Of a stretch of DNA of 64,000 nucleotides, positions 63,919 to 64,000 are shown in pieces. The stretch spans positions 261,173 through 325,172 of the forward strand of contig NIVC01001265.1 in assembly GCA_002269645.1 (NCBI GenBank), written 5' to 3'. The notes under the pieces are model-generated. The model was given only the letters and a program-made list of their open reading frames with translations, did not search any database and was not told the DNA's origin. Both the position numbers and the translations under genes were made by a program. Numbering within the stretch: position 1 is the stretch's first letter; each line of letters begins with the position of its first letter. This DNA comes from Macrostomum lignano. Its lineage: Eukaryota.

Positions 63919-64000
63919 CTAGAGAGAGAGAGGGGAAAAGGGGCTTAACGTTAACGGCCATTTGATTTAAGTTTGCGGTTTGTTAACATTACGAGCTCAA

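Overview
This is eukaryotic, intron-rich animal DNA, not prokaryotic. My inference is a free-living flatworm such as Macrostomum, based on GC-rich, poly-Q/poly-A exons and introns packed with private minisatellites. Most long ORFs in the six-frame track are translations of tandem repeats. Hand-splicing on GT-AG boundaries with consistent phases gives six genes: (1) a degenerate synaptotagmin-like TM-C2-C2 gene (-, 352-5385); (2) a 93-aa secreted prepropeptide ending KR-CRLNDYRACPIG-stop that is absent from the ORF track (+, 6446-6796); (3) an ABCG/white-type half transporter (+, 10104-16260, 10 exons); (4) Sbf/MTMR5-13, a DENN-GRAM-pseudophosphatase-C1-PH protein (-, 23110-51738, 18 exons); (5) NELF-A (+, 52618-59841), head-to-head with Sbf; (6) the last exon of a PMCA Ca2+ pump (-, 63751-63918). 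Mobile DNA comprises a complete but mutated Ty3/gypsy LTR element (17072-21690, CATCC target-site duplication), two hAT-like MITEs, a CORE-type SINE and fragments of a dispersed repeat. The most interesting signals are: the candidate cyclic amidated neuropeptide with an oxytocin/vasopressin-like C-P-x-G tail; direct evidence of minisatellites arising inside, and moving with, dispersed elements; and CpG-depleted first introns on both sides of the Sbf/NELF-A bidirectional promoter.
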